Program-made: the position numbers and the translations under genes
Notes under the pieces: model-generated
Database searches by the model: none
Told to the model about the DNA's origin: nothing
The model's input: the letters and a program-made list of their open reading frames with translations, nothing else
DNA from: an uncultured Gammaproteobacteria bacterium
GTDB lineage: Bacteria > Patescibacteriota > Patescibacteriia > UBA2196 > GWA2-42-15
Length of the DNA: 64,000 nt
Reading direction: 5' to 3'
NCBI GenBank assembly: GCA_964573135.1
Contig: CAZNIO010000003.1
Location: 10,881 to 74,880 of the forward strand
In this document: positions 27,403 to 37,822 of the stretch, in pieces
Numbering within the stretch: position 1 is the stretch's first letter
Layout: each line of letters begins with the position of its first letter

Positions 27403-30400
27403 TTAATAGGCTGATTGGATTGAATTATATATTAAATTATATGTACCAGGAGAACATGGCTGTACAAAGTTGGTGCGATAATGACTATTAGCGGGTTGCC
27501 AGCCGGTATTTGAATATTCCATATTAGCATAGAGATCATAACTATTGCCATTACTACCGGATTTGTAATGGAACATATGCGAACCTGGCTCACACTTAAA
27601 GTTTTTTGCTTCAAGATCCCAACATTCCTTATTATACACGTCATCTGGGCAGTTAGTGCCTTCATTTAATGGATCAAGTAGCAGACTGGCTTTAATTTCA
27701 GAAGACAAGGTGGATGGCCAAGAATCCCAAAGTGAAACACTTTGACCCTGCAAGTAACTACCGGCAGATAGGGTTGGATAGCTTGTGGCGCCTGAGGCAA
27801 CACAAATTTCACTGCGAGGATCGTCGAATATATATTCTGGACAATCAGAATCTGTGTGGCAAGCTAAGTTTTGACTGAGACTACAATGGCCACGATAAAG
27901 TTCAAGATGATATGACATTTCGCCAATACCGCCAATTCTCCTGGCATCACGAGCCAACTTGTCTTTGGGTGCCTGGCATGATCCAGTGCCACACTGACTG
28001 TCTTTAGTACACCAAGTATCACTATTAGTACATAAACGTAGATTTTCACCTAAATTAGCATTAAACACAAAATTTTTATAAAATCTTTGGAAAACTTCTC
28101 TTGTAATGGGGTTAGGGAGTTCATCTATTTTGTTTTCTTCACCCTTTTTAACAGAATATGAAATTCGAAAAATATTAGTAAATATATTATGACTACCAGT
28201 GGGATTAGTATCAACTGCAGTGGGATTAGTATCAACTGCAGTGCCAATAAATGTGTCTTGACTAACACTTAAGGCGTCGTAATTATCAACTTTTAGCATG
28301 GAGTGTCCCCCTGATTCACCCATATATTTCTTGTACCAAGCAGATGGTGACAGATGTTCTGAGTTACTATAAATTCTGATACCAACAACGTCGGTGTTAA
28401 GTTGACAACTGGTATTGGCAACACAATCTTGATTGGCCTGACAAGGAGTCAGGCTATTTTCACACCAATGAGTATTATTATCTTGACTTTGAGGGAAAGA
28501 AAAGAGGAATTCTTTCATAACTTTACGACAATATCCAAGTCCACAGCTACCGTACCCCGCACAAACTGCGCCATGGTTAGCCCCACCAATGCAAGTACCA
28601 TTTGTTTCTCCAAGAATGGTACCTGGAATTGCCAAAGCCGGCAGATCGTCAGTATCTGAACCAAGACATACACACTCCCCCCTTGGGCAATCAGAGTTGT
28701 CGGGACAATCACTGTCGTCAGCGCAAGCAAGTCCAGAATCTTGGCAATACTTTTCACTATTGCCAAAATCCCTGCAATAGAAAGCTGAAAATGTCATATC
28801 ATGGCAAAATCCAGATGCACAATTGGAGAGACTGTCGTTAAAGGGGAAAGCCTGGTCGAAAGAAGGCCATGGATTCTGACAAATAAAGTTAGTGATAGTA
28901 ATGGCTTGGCTGGCAGAGCCATAATTTGGATCGCCATCATCTGGATCAAAGCCTGTAACTATCAGAGTGGTATTACCGCTCTGATCAACTGGAGTGACCT
29001 CTACTTCTTCGGTGTCGGTGGCTGATAAGATAATAAGGCTTTGTGAGGAAGGATTTTCTTTCCAAGCAAAATCAGCTACCAGCAAGTTATCTGATATATC
29101 TCTGGCTGTAGCTAAATAACCATGCTGATTGTCGGCGACGCCTGGATTGACATCGTCTGGGCAGCCATTGAGGCGAGTAACGCAGGTAAAATAGTCATAG
29201 GCTGTATCCTCTTTGGTTGACTCGTCGCTACCTGCACCACTGGTTATATTAACATTGACATGATTTATATCGCAAACATTTTTACCTACGGTAAAGAGTC
29301 CGTCAGTATAGTCATTTTCCATAATGCCACCAAGAACGCTTTTGACTCCATTGCTCTTCCCAGCGACAAAAATACGATGTGTGACTGAGCTGTCTGGTTG
29401 CCCAAGTAAATCACTTGGCCTAAAATATGTGACTGTCTTGCCGTTTACGTTGTGGGCTGTAACCTTGCCATCAACTGGACAATAGGTACCGCTTTGAGCA
29501 AAACTCTCTTTAGATAATAGATTGCGGAAAAAAGCAATAACTCTATCTTTTAAGGTGGGGTTATAGACATTAGCGGGTGGCTGTCCATCACAACCACGCC
29601 CATCTGTACGCAAATATTCAAGTTTTAAGGTAGTTGAATTAATAGAATTTAAGTTCATCTCTCTATCAAAGGTGAGACTAACCATGGCATTACGGCAGGC
29701 GTCAGTACCTGTTGGCGAATAACTTAAAATTGAAGGACTTGGTGATTTTTGGCAGGTACAATTAGCATCGGGATCACACCAGAAACCTTGCCAGCACATA
29801 TTGTTATCAGCATCACAAACAGGCTGGTTACTCAAATTTGAATCACAGGGCGCTCCTTCGCCACCACCTGCAATTGTGAATTTAAGCCCATTGCTGGGAC
29901 AGCTTGCCACTGTAGCGATAACGTCGCCAGTGCTAGCGCTATCTGGAACTTGAGTAGATATGTTGGCGTCAAGCCAATTGGAAGTAGCAGCTGTAATATT
30001 GTTAAAAGTAACTAAATCTTTGGTAGTACCAAAATTACTACCTGAGATACCAACAGCATCGCCAGGCTGGCCTTGATATCTGCTAAGTGAGCAAATTCCA
30101 GGAATATTATCTGTAATGCCATTACAATTAGACGTTACTGTGAAATTCCCGTTACCATTATTACTTTGTACTGTATTCAATCCATAAGCATCTGTTAGTG
30201 TAACCACATGAGAACCTTGGCTGACCACTGGAACCTCAACAATGACCTGAGTGTCTGTCCAGGAAGAAGAGCATGGATAAAGACTAACCTGGGTACTGCC
30301 AAAATTAATACTACTGCTTTGCCCTTTTGATTTAAAATAGCAACCTTGGATGGTAGTCCAGCGACCAGCAGGGCCATTATCTGGACTTAGACTCTGAATA

Positions 30401-33400
30401 ACCGGGGTACACCTGTCGGCTTCAATATCACAAACGCTACCAGGACAATTTTGGTCACAAACACCTGGCGCAAGTCGGCAAGAATCAATATTAATATTTA
30501 ATGATCCACGAGCAAATTTATTTTCGTCCAAATTAGTGGCACGCACGTAAACAGAACCAGCTTGTGTACCAGAGGTTATAATAGCATGAGCGTCATCAGC
30601 ACCATCTTCTTGGGCGTCAACGCCTAAGTCTGGGTCATCAATGCCCCACTGCCAATCATATTCTTGGCTAATTAAGGCACAATTAGTTGAGGCTAAAGGA
30701 GCAACGGCATCAGCACGGTAGTTACCAGCCACATTCGCTCCGTTTATTATATAATGAGGTGGTTCAACGTAAACTCTTTCAATCGGACAGGGCGCTGCAT
30801 CATTTTTAGTCTTAAAGTGCCAGATATATGGGTTTTGCATTGGCACATTGTCAACAAGACTGCTAACTCCAGTGGTGATAGTTACCTGATAGGTAGTATT
30901 GATCGCTAAGTTGCTGTCTGGGTCCAATCGAAAACTTTTACTACCGGCAGTTGTTAGAGCGGTAGCTAGATGAGCGGAGTTAACATTTTGGCAAGTGTCA
31001 TCATCGCACTTCTGCATGAAAATATTTGACGAATTAACTGAGGCTGGATCAAGGTCGATGTTAAAGTTGGCTGAGACAATAGTGTTTAAGCAAGCGTCTC
31101 TTGAATTACGAAAAGGATTAGCACTTGGTATCACATCAATGACACACTGGCCATCAAGTGTTGGCGCCGTGCCTTGACAATCGCTGTCGCGAAAACAACG
31201 ATTACCATGGTTGTCACCACCATCACAAACCAAGAGACATTGACTATTTTCTACAACGCCAGGAGCGTTAGAACAGCTTGTGGTATCAAAATAGCAACTA
31301 ACATCCTGCCCGGTAATTGGATCTGTACTTCCCGAAGAGTAGCATAATAGATTACCACCAACAAAACCATGATCCTGGCATTCACCAGGAACATTATTTA
31401 AATCACATTCCTCGCCTGGATCAATAACATTGTCGCCACACTCCCACACATTAAAAAATATACCGTTGCTTTGTCCATGATCAGCGTTGATTATAGCTGG
31501 TCCGTCTTTTGCGCCATTTGGGACAATAACTCCTTTAATTAAATCATTGGTCCAATTATTAATATCTGTGACTTCGAATGGAACTCCAGGAGTGAAAACA
31601 ACTTGAGAAGTTGTCATACCATCTAAATCAGCAACATTAAGGGGTAATAGACGAGTGCCACCTAAGGTAAGATTTGTTCCCGGCGGGCCCTGATCGGGAT
31701 TGATTGACCAAAGACAGGGGCCAGTGGCTTCACCTGGAGTGATATAAAATTCTTTGGAATTGCTAGGTGGTACGTTATTACCACTGGAATAGTTAATAGC
31801 CAAACTGACTTGTGGCCGATCTCCCTGATTAAACTCCGCAGGAACGGTGGTACCAACAGCTCGGTTACTATAGCCTGCACCAACTTGAGCATCTTTTGAA
31901 TCAAAATTAATATATTCAATGGTGGCTGGCTGCTCTTGAGTTCCGGTGAAACAGTAGCCACTGAGAGTCAAGCAGTCTCCAATAGGACCCTGATCTTTGC
32001 TCAAATGGGTAATATATGGGGCACAGACGCAAGCTGATAGATCAGTGACGCCAAACTCCCATGACTTGGCAAGGGCTGTTCTATCGGCATTAATAATTTT
32101 ATTGGTGACAACATTGACATAGTAGCTGGTATTTTCAACTAAGCCACCAGTGGGTATAAACTCAAAAACACGATAATTATTACTAATATTATTTCCATCG
32201 ACATCCACAATACGAAATTCTCCAAGAATATTTTCAGAGGTACTACGATCAAAGGTTGTGCTTGTTTTACCATCTTGGTCAGGAGCTAATATATATGTAG
32301 AAGGTCCGTAACCCTCCACACCTATATTAAGAGTGACCTCATCATAATACATACTTGTATTAAATGTAATACTGGTGCGGGTGTCTGGGCAGGCGTTAGT
32401 TCCAGTCGGATAATATCCAGCTACTCCAGGAACTCTATCATTGGTGGTAAACCGCCAGGTGACGGGTTCCAGCATTTTGTTATTACATAGATCAGTTACG
32501 TCCTGGACGGTAACTTGATAGGCAGTAAAAGCATCAAGCAAATTAGGGTCTTCTAAATAGAATCTAAAGCCGTTGTTTTTAATAACAAGATGGATAAGAT
32601 TATTGGCAATTTGAGTTAAACTACCGTCGCTTTCAACTTTCTGAAAATAGAGTCGTCCTGGATATGGATTAATGCCATTAACGTCAAGTATGCTGGTAGC
32701 ATCTATATTTTCTGAAAAAGTAACGTCGACAACAGGATCACGAGAAACATTCATATCAGGGTTGGCGTCATCAATTCTTGGATAAGCGCTAACAATAAAT
32801 GGGTCAACCTCATCTCCTTCGTTACCAACAAAGAAATTCCATTGCACACCAGCTGATGAAGCTTCATCACAGTCTGCCCCTATGGAACAAGATCTTAAGA
32901 AAAGAGGTTCGGGAGAGGCATCTTCAATGCTTGAAGGCATATCATATTCGTGATTGTGTTTTTTGCCAATGGCAATAACTTCCCGGTTATCAAAAGTACT
33001 ACTCCCATCACTACCGAGCGGTGAATAAACTAAAACATTACTGCGAGCATCCCAGTTGCCCTGCTGAATGCCCTGAATGCCGGCAATGGCAGCTATTTTT
33101 AAATTGTCAGCGTTATGTGCATCAACAATGGTACTTATATCGACATTTCTATTAAAAATAGTTTGAACTTTACTACACCAATGTACGTTGCTTTTCTCTT
33201 CTGGCAAACCATTGCTAAGTGGTGCTCCATGAGAGGTATGAACGGCATCTACTACAAACTCTGACATACTGGGGCCAATGGAACACACACAAGGCGCGCT
33301 TGTGATACCACAACTCTCATCGCATAAATATCCGCTTCCATCATCAAGGCACCTTGAACAACCATAACACTGCTGGGCTTGGCAAATCGGCGCATTAGAG

Positions 33401-33792
33401 CCTTGACCGCCTTCAAGAACCTTAAAAATATATTGAATAATGGCAAAAGCCATAAAGATGATAATCAGGCCAATGACGGTATTGACCAGTATTTTTTTGG
33501 CTTTCTCAATTTTCTCAGAATTGCCACCAGCAGTCATCCAGACAAAACCACCGTATATAATGAGGCAAAGGGCCACAATGCCGAGAACCCCCAAGATAGC
33601 GCGGATAATTCTGACAACAGAGATACGAATATCGGTGGTAGACAGGCCCGTACCTTGACCGTAATTAACGCCAAACATATCATCGCTTTGAGCTAAAGTA
33701 GCTTCAGGCAACAAAAAAACAACGGAAAAAATAACAATAAAAATTGCCGTTGTGAGGATAATAAAACGTTTGGGTTTTAAAATCTCTAGCAT
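27403..33792 (-). CDS. Giant (2129 aa) Cys-rich cell-surface protein with N-terminal double-TM pilin-like (VirB2/TrbC-like) segment and at least four IPT/TIG domains
   Basis: N-terminal signal plus two closely spaced TM helices (…ILGVLGIVALCLIIYGGFVWMTAGG…/…VIGLIIIFMAFAIIQYIF). IPT/TIG-like blocks (PYITHLSKDQGPIGDCLTLSGYCF, PCLWSINPDQGPPGTNLTLGGTRL, PVIQSLSPDNGPAGRWTTIQGCYF, ICSLSRYQGQPGDAVGISGSNFG). Over 100 Cys in CxxC/CxDxxC arrangements. Confidence 0.75.
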   Translation of the reverse strand: MLEILKPKRFIILTTAIFIVIFSVVFLLPEATLAQSDDMFGVNYGQGTGLSTTDIRISVVRIIRAILGVLGIVALCLIIYGGFVWMTAGGNSEKIEKAKKILVNTVIGLIIIFMAFAIIQYIFKVLEGGQGSNAPICQAQQCYGCSRCLDDGSGYLCDESCGITSAPCVCSIGPSMSEFVVDAVHTSHGAPLSNGLPEEKSNVHWCSKVQTIFNRNVDISTIVDAHNADNLKIAAIAGIQGIQQGNWDARSNVLVYSPLGSDGSSTFDNREVIAIGKKHNHEYDMPSSIEDASPEPLFLRSCSIGADCDEASSAGVQWNFFVGNEGDEVDPFIVSAYPRIDDANPDMNVSRDPVVDVTFSENIDATSILDVNGINPYPGRLYFQKVESDGSLTQIANNLIHLVIKNNGFRFYLEDPNLLDAFTAYQVTVQDVTDLCNNKMLEPVTWRFTTNDRVPGVAGYYPTGTNACPDTRTSITFNTSMYYDEVTLNIGVEGYGPSTYILAPDQDGKTSTTFDRSTSENILGEFRIVDVDGNNISNNYRVFEFIPTGGLVENTSYYVNVVTNKIINADRTALAKSWEFGVTDLSACVCAPYITHLSKDQGPIGDCLTLSGYCFTGTQEQPATIEYINFDSKDAQVGAGYSNRAVGTTVPAEFNQGDRPQVSLAINYSSGNNVPPSNSKEFYITPGEATGPCLWSINPDQGPPGTNLTLGGTRLLPLNVADLDGMTTSQVVFTPGVPFEVTDINNWTNDLIKGVIVPNGAKDGPAIINADHGQSNGIFFNVWECGDNVIDPGEECDLNNVPGECQDHGFVGGNLLCYSSGSTDPITGQDVSCYFDTTSCSNAPGVVENSQCLLVCDGGDNHGNRCFRDSDCQGTAPTLDGQCVIDVIPSANPFRNSRDACLNTIVSANFNIDLDPASVNSSNIFMQKCDDDTCQNVNSAHLATALTTAGSKSFRLDPDSNLAINTTYQVTITTGVSSLVDNVPMQNPYIWHFKTKNDAAPCPIERVYVEPPHYIINGANVAGNYRADAVAPLASTNCALISQEYDWQWGIDDPDLGVDAQEDGADDAHAIITSGTQAGSVYVRATNLDENKFARGSLNINIDSCRLAPGVCDQNCPGSVCDIEADRCTPVIQSLSPDNGPAGRWTTIQGCYFKSKGQSSSINFGSTQVSLYPCSSSWTDTQVIVEVPVVSQGSHVVTLTDAYGLNTVQSNNGNGNFTVTSNCNGITDNIPGICSLSRYQGQPGDAVGISGSNFGTTKDLVTFNNITAATSNWLDANISTQVPDSASTGDVIATVASCPSNGLKFTIAGGGEGAPCDSNLSNQPVCDADNNMCWQGFWCDPDANCTCQKSPSPSILSYSPTGTDACRNAMVSLTFDREMNLNSINSTTLKLEYLRTDGRGCDGQPPANVYNPTLKDRVIAFFRNLLSKESFAQSGTYCPVDGKVTAHNVNGKTVTYFRPSDLLGQPDSSVTHRIFVAGKSNGVKSVLGGIMENDYTDGLFTVGKNVCDINHVNVNITSGAGSDESTKEDTAYDYFTCVTRLNGCPDDVNPGVADNQHGYLATARDISDNLLVADFAWKENPSSQSLIILSATDTEEVEVTPVDQSGNTTLIVTGFDPDDGDPNYGSASQAITITNFICQNPWPSFDQAFPFNDSLSNCASGFCHDMTFSAFYCRDFGNSEKYCQDSGLACADDSDCPDNSDCPRGECVCLGSDTDDLPALAIPGTILGETNGTCIGGANHGAVCAGYGSCGLGYCRKVMKEFLFSFPQSQDNNTHWCENSLTPCQANQDCVANTSCQLNTDVVGIRIYSNSEHLSPSAWYKKYMGESGGHSMLKVDNYDALSVSQDTFIGTAVDTNPTAVDTNPTGSHNIFTNIFRISYSVKKGEENKIDELPNPITREVFQRFYKNFVFNANLGENLRLCTNSDTWCTKDSQCGTGSCQAPKDKLARDARRIGGIGEMSYHLELYRGHCSLSQNLACHTDSDCPEYIFDDPRSEICVASGATSYPTLSAGSYLQGQSVSLWDSWPSTLSSEIKASLLLDPLNEGTNCPDDVYNKECWDLEAKNFKCEPGSHMFHYKSGSNGNSYDLYANMEYSNTGWQPANSHYRTNFVQPCSPGTYNLIYNSIQSAY
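28197..28242. repeat. Tandem 21-nt direct repeat (~2.2 copies) inside the giant gene
   Basis: gggattagtatcaactgcagt x2 plus a partial third copy. Encodes TAVDTNP TAVDTNP in frame. Confidence 0.8.
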
Positions 33793-33824
33793 GGGATGTG
33801 AATTGTTAAATTAACAATTTTGTG

Positions 33825-34274
33825 CTAACTGTTTAATTTTTCTTTAACAATCGTACTGACCAATTTACCGTCTGCTTGTCCCTTGGTTTTAGCCATAACG
33901 CTTTTTATAACTTGACCAAATTGGCTGGGGCCAACTTCGCCCATCTCGTCAATAACCTTTTGTGTAATTTTTTCAACTTCCTCTTGGTTAAGGGGGGCGG
34001 GTAAATATTTTTGGATTAATTCAATTTCTTGTTTTTCTTTGTCAGCTAGTTCTTTACGATTTCCTTTTGTATATAACTGAATTGCATCTTGTCTTTTCTT
34101 TTTTTCCTTATTTATAATACGAAGGGTCTCTTCATCTGACAATTCCTGTTTTTTGAGCTGAATCATCTCGTTTTGTAGGGCTGCTTTTAACAAACGCAAT
34201 AAATCAACCTCAGCTTGTTTTTTACCAAGCAGGGCCGTCTTCAGGTCAGATTCAATTGTTTGTGCTAGACTCAT
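33825..34274 (-). CDS. GatB/YqeY domain protein
   Basis: 149 aa. MSLAQTIESDLKTALLGKKQAEVDLLRLLKAALQN… is typical of the YqeY family. Confidence 0.7.
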   Translation of the reverse strand: MSLAQTIESDLKTALLGKKQAEVDLLRLLKAALQNEMIQLKKQELSDEETLRIINKEKKKRQDAIQLYTKGNRKELADKEKQEIELIQKYLPAPLNQEEVEKITQKVIDEMGEVGPSQFGQVIKSVMAKTKGQADGKLVSTIVKEKLNS

Positions 34275-34558
34275 CTCCTATTAGTTTGTGGGCTTGACCC
34301 TCGTTTGTAACCGCCTGAATTACCGAGAACATCGTCATCGCTTGGTAATTGACCAATTTTTTGCAAATATTCTCTTTTGGCTCTAACATATTGGCGACGA
34401 AGGGCTACCTCTTTAATTTGTCTTTTAGTCTTTGGTTTATTGCGATATTTAGTGGCTTTTGCACGAAAAATCACACGACTTTGTAAAACTCGCTTAGAAA
34501 AACGTCTGAGTAAGCCTTCAACTGATTCATTTTGCTTACGCTTAACTTCAACTGCCAT
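34271..34558 (-). CDS. rpsU: 30S ribosomal protein S21 (with basic C-terminal extension)
   Basis: MAVEVKRKQNESVEGLLRRFSKRV… aligns with the S21 N-terminus. Start moved to the internal Met (track ORF starts 34573). Confidence 0.75.
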   Translation of the reverse strand: MAVEVKRKQNESVEGLLRRFSKRVLQSRVIFRAKATKYRNKPKTKRQIKEVALRRQYVRAKREYLQKIGQLPSDDDVLGNSGGYKRGSSPQTNRR

Positions 34559-34699
34559 AAGGTGTATTAACACCTCCTTTCTTTAAGTAGGCCTGCATGG
34601 AGCAGGTAACTAAATATAGCCAAAAAATGAGCACTTATAAACAGGCTATTTGTAATTAAAATATACCAAAGAATGGCAAAATAGTCAAAAAAATATTGG

Positions 34700-35908
34700 T
34701 TAAAATATTAAATTACACAATTTGGCATTAATTTTTTGAATTTGACCTTTCAAATCCTGCGAAGAAGTGGCTTTTTTCTTTACTTTTATATAGTTATGAG
34801 TAAAGCCATACCAAGAGTTCTCTTTTTTCTCTTCCCAGAGGATTGGCATGCTTTTACCTATAAACTGTTCTTTAACTTGTTTTGCCCGAATATCAGCCAA
34901 ATTTTTTAAGGTTATACTACGTGCTTGCTTAACTTTATCTTTAACCTGGTTTTCAAGTAATATAGCCTTTGTTTGGGGACGTTTGGAATATTTAAAAATG
35001 TGGACTTTAGAAAAACCTATCTTATCCACTAATTGGCAAGTCTTTTTAAAATCGGTCTCCCCTTCTCCGGGGAAGCCGACGATAATATCAGAGGTAAAAT
35101 TAATCAACGGAATTTTTTTACGAGCGAGATTAACAATGGATAAGATATTTTGAGGAGTGTAGTAGCGACCCATGCTCTTTAAAATTTTTGGTGAGCCTGA
35201 TTGAATGCTTAAATGAAAGTGGGGGCAGAGCCTTTCTTCTTTTGATACAAGAGATATAAGGGAAGAAGTTACGTGTGTTGGCCACAAAGAGCCAAGACGA
35301 ATGCGCTCAATCTTTGTTTCTTTTAAAATAAGTTTTAAGAGGGGAACTAAATTGCCAATCCCCTTATCATTATATAAGCCGATATTAATACCAGTTAGAA
35401 CAACTTCTTGAAAACCTTGCTTTTCTTTGTTTAAAATTTCTTGAATAATTTTACCGGCAGGCAAACTTGTTGGTTTACCTCGCGTATATGGAACAATACA
35501 ATAGGTGCAAAAATTGTTGCAACCGGTTTGAATTTTAATTAAAGCTCGATTACGGAGAGAGGGTGGCCTGACTACTTTTGGGCCACTTTTAATGTGACTA
35601 CTAGCTATTTCGCCTATTTTACTTTTATCTTTATTAGTTACCCAGAAATCAACGCCGGGCCAATTCTTTTCATCCAGACAACCAGTGACTATAATTTTGG
35701 CGCGTGGATAATTTCTTTTAACAAAAGATGTTTTTTGTCTGCCCTGGCGCACAGCTTTGGCTGTAACGGCGCAAACATTAATAATAACAAAATTGGGTTT
35801 TTTATTGATTGGCACAGGATAAAAACCAGTGGAAATTAAATCAGCGGAAATCGTTTCAGATTCCGCCTGATTTAATTTACAACCAAAAGTAATTATCTTG
35901 AAATACAT
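34700..35908 (-). CDS. Radical-SAM methylthiotransferase, MiaB/MtaB family
   Basis: N-terminal MTTase Cys (…FGCKLNQAESE…, …NVCAVT…) and radical-SAM CxxxCxxC (GCNNFCTYCIVP). No obvious TRAM domain. Confidence 0.75.
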   Translation of the reverse strand: MYFKIITFGCKLNQAESETISADLISTGFYPVPINKKPNFVIINVCAVTAKAVRQGRQKTSFVKRNYPRAKIIVTGCLDEKNWPGVDFWVTNKDKSKIGEIASSHIKSGPKVVRPPSLRNRALIKIQTGCNNFCTYCIVPYTRGKPTSLPAGKIIQEILNKEKQGFQEVVLTGINIGLYNDKGIGNLVPLLKLILKETKIERIRLGSLWPTHVTSSLISLVSKEERLCPHFHLSIQSGSPKILKSMGRYYTPQNILSIVNLARKKIPLINFTSDIIVGFPGEGETDFKKTCQLVDKIGFSKVHIFKYSKRPQTKAILLENQVKDKVKQARSITLKNLADIRAKQVKEQFIGKSMPILWEEKKENSWYGFTHNYIKVKKKATSSQDLKGQIQKINAKLCNLIF

Positions 35909-35927
35909 AAAACCCAGTAACTAAATA

Positions 35928-37817
35928 TTAACCAGTCAAAACTATATCCAGCTCCGTTGCTGTTCTTTTAACAAAATCAATCATTGCTTGGTTGATTTTA
36001 ATTTGTTGGCTTACCTGCTCTCTTACTTCATGATTATTCCCCAGTTTATCCTTTTTGATTCCAATAGTTTTTGATAAACGAAAAATATTTCCGTCATCTT
36101 CCTTTATGGTTTTACGAGTGATAACTATAAGTGAGTCAATGCCTGCCTTCTCTTGCTCTTGATTATTTTTATTTTCTGCTAGTGCCTTAAATTGTAACAC
36201 ATCTGCCTTATCCTGATCCTGGGTACAATATTTATGTAATTTATCTAATTTTTCTTGTTGTGCCGGTTGCGCTAACCATTTTTTTAATCTAACAGATGGC
36301 GTAGCTACTGAAATTTTATTTTTTGTGTAAGTTAGTATCTTTTTTAATGGAGGACTACTATCTTTACGTTTTTCCAGATTTTCTTTATATAGCTTGGAGA
36401 TGTCAGCAAGTTCTTCAGCCAATGATTGAAATTCTAGCGAAGAAGTAAGGTACTTGTCTATTTTTCCTGCTAAGACTTGGGGCTCTTGCTGGTATAATTT
36501 TAACTCTCCTAATTGTGATTGATATCTTTTTAAGCCGCAGTTACTTAAAAAGTACTGTTTAAAAACTTTTTTAACATTATCGAAAATAGACTCATCAATA
36601 TCAACACCATTTTCTTTAAGCCTTGACTTGACCGCTGATATATCTTGAAGGATATTTTTCTTGGTTCTTTCTACGCCCATTATTTCGCTGTAATAATGAT
36701 AATGGCGGTCATTGTTTAACTTAACTTCATCGAGATCTATGTCTTTCCTTTGGGATGGGTCTTGAGGTATAATATCGTGATTACCGGGGTCAAGGCCGTC
36801 TCTAGTTATCTTAATAAAAAGAGCTAGTTTCTGGGCTTTTGATTCTTCGTCTTCTCCTTGCTGTGCGTCTAATAAGAGTTTTGTGGTTAGCTCTTCAGGA
36901 TAAAAGCAAAAAGTATCCTTGCACGAATTATAGGCTATGGTTTCTGTAAGCGGATATTTCTCACTTTCGGACTGTTCATTTTCTCCGGTGGCCACCAATT
37001 TAAATAAATCATAGGATAATCTTTGGCCGATAAAAAGACCTTTGCGATCTTTTTCCATCTTTTTTATTATGGATGAATAATATGCCGTGTGCTCATGGTT
37101 ATGATTCTCCCCTGAATAAAAGACGGTTGATTCCTCTTCCTCAAATTCTGGCTCGTCAGAATATTGGTAGAAAATAGCTTTATTAACAAGCATTGTAGAT
37201 AACTCACTAAAGTCATGCTTCTTTTCATGTGGAAACCAAGATACTACTATTTCTCTTGCTCTTTTTTCTATTTCTCCTTGATCATTTAAAGAAGAAAGTT
37301 TTTGGGCTTCTTGATTGATAAAATCAAAGAAACTTAAATTTTTTTCCTGACATTCACTTTGAGCTTCTGGAGGCATTTTGGGTAAAAAATTTTCATCAAT
37401 CATCTTGCGTGTGATTGTCCATTCCTCACTATATTTCTTTTCCCATTCTTTTTGGGGAATGTGCTCTACTGACTTATACCCAATCTCGGGCTGAGTGCCC
37501 TCGATTCTCTTCTTATCTAACTGTTCAACTAATGGTGCCTCGGCGGGTTGGTTTGATTTATTAATCTGTTGGTTGGCGTAAGTTAATAGTAACGCTAATT
37601 CTTCTTGCGTAATCTGCTGGCCGGGGATATGTAGCTTATTCATGAGAGGGGCAACTTCCTTTGGGCTTACTGTTGTTTCGTTGTTTGGCGCTAGATCAAG
37701 ACTATATTCTAATTCTTGTGCTTTTTGTAAAACAAGATCCTTAAGTTCCTGGTTGGGATCTCGTTCCTTGGGTGGAGGGTCCTTTTTTTCTGGCTGAGGA
37801 GATGCTGTTTCTATCAT
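35928..37817 (-). CDS. Hypothetical soluble protein (629 aa), acidic, no recognisable domain
   Basis: Long ORF in the same operon orientation as hisS and the MiaB-like gene. No TM, no motif I can name. Confidence 0.5.
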   Translation of the reverse strand: MIETASPQPEKKDPPPKERDPNQELKDLVLQKAQELEYSLDLAPNNETTVSPKEVAPLMNKLHIPGQQITQEELALLLTYANQQINKSNQPAEAPLVEQLDKKRIEGTQPEIGYKSVEHIPQKEWEKKYSEEWTITRKMIDENFLPKMPPEAQSECQEKNLSFFDFINQEAQKLSSLNDQGEIEKRAREIVVSWFPHEKKHDFSELSTMLVNKAIFYQYSDEPEFEEEESTVFYSGENHNHEHTAYYSSIIKKMEKDRKGLFIGQRLSYDLFKLVATGENEQSESEKYPLTETIAYNSCKDTFCFYPEELTTKLLLDAQQGEDEESKAQKLALFIKITRDGLDPGNHDIIPQDPSQRKDIDLDEVKLNNDRHYHYYSEIMGVERTKKNILQDISAVKSRLKENGVDIDESIFDNVKKVFKQYFLSNCGLKRYQSQLGELKLYQQEPQVLAGKIDKYLTSSLEFQSLAEELADISKLYKENLEKRKDSSPPLKKILTYTKNKISVATPSVRLKKWLAQPAQQEKLDKLHKYCTQDQDKADVLQFKALAENKNNQEQEKAGIDSLIVITRKTIKEDDGNIFRLSKTIGIKKDKLGNNHEVREQVSQQIKINQAMIDFVKRTATELDIVLTG

Positions 37818-37822
37818 AGAGA

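Noticed and set aside
27432-33696. Numerous short plus- and minus-strand ORFs inside 27403..33792
   Set aside because: They are embedded in the 2129-aa gene, which has coherent domain content. Shadow frames.
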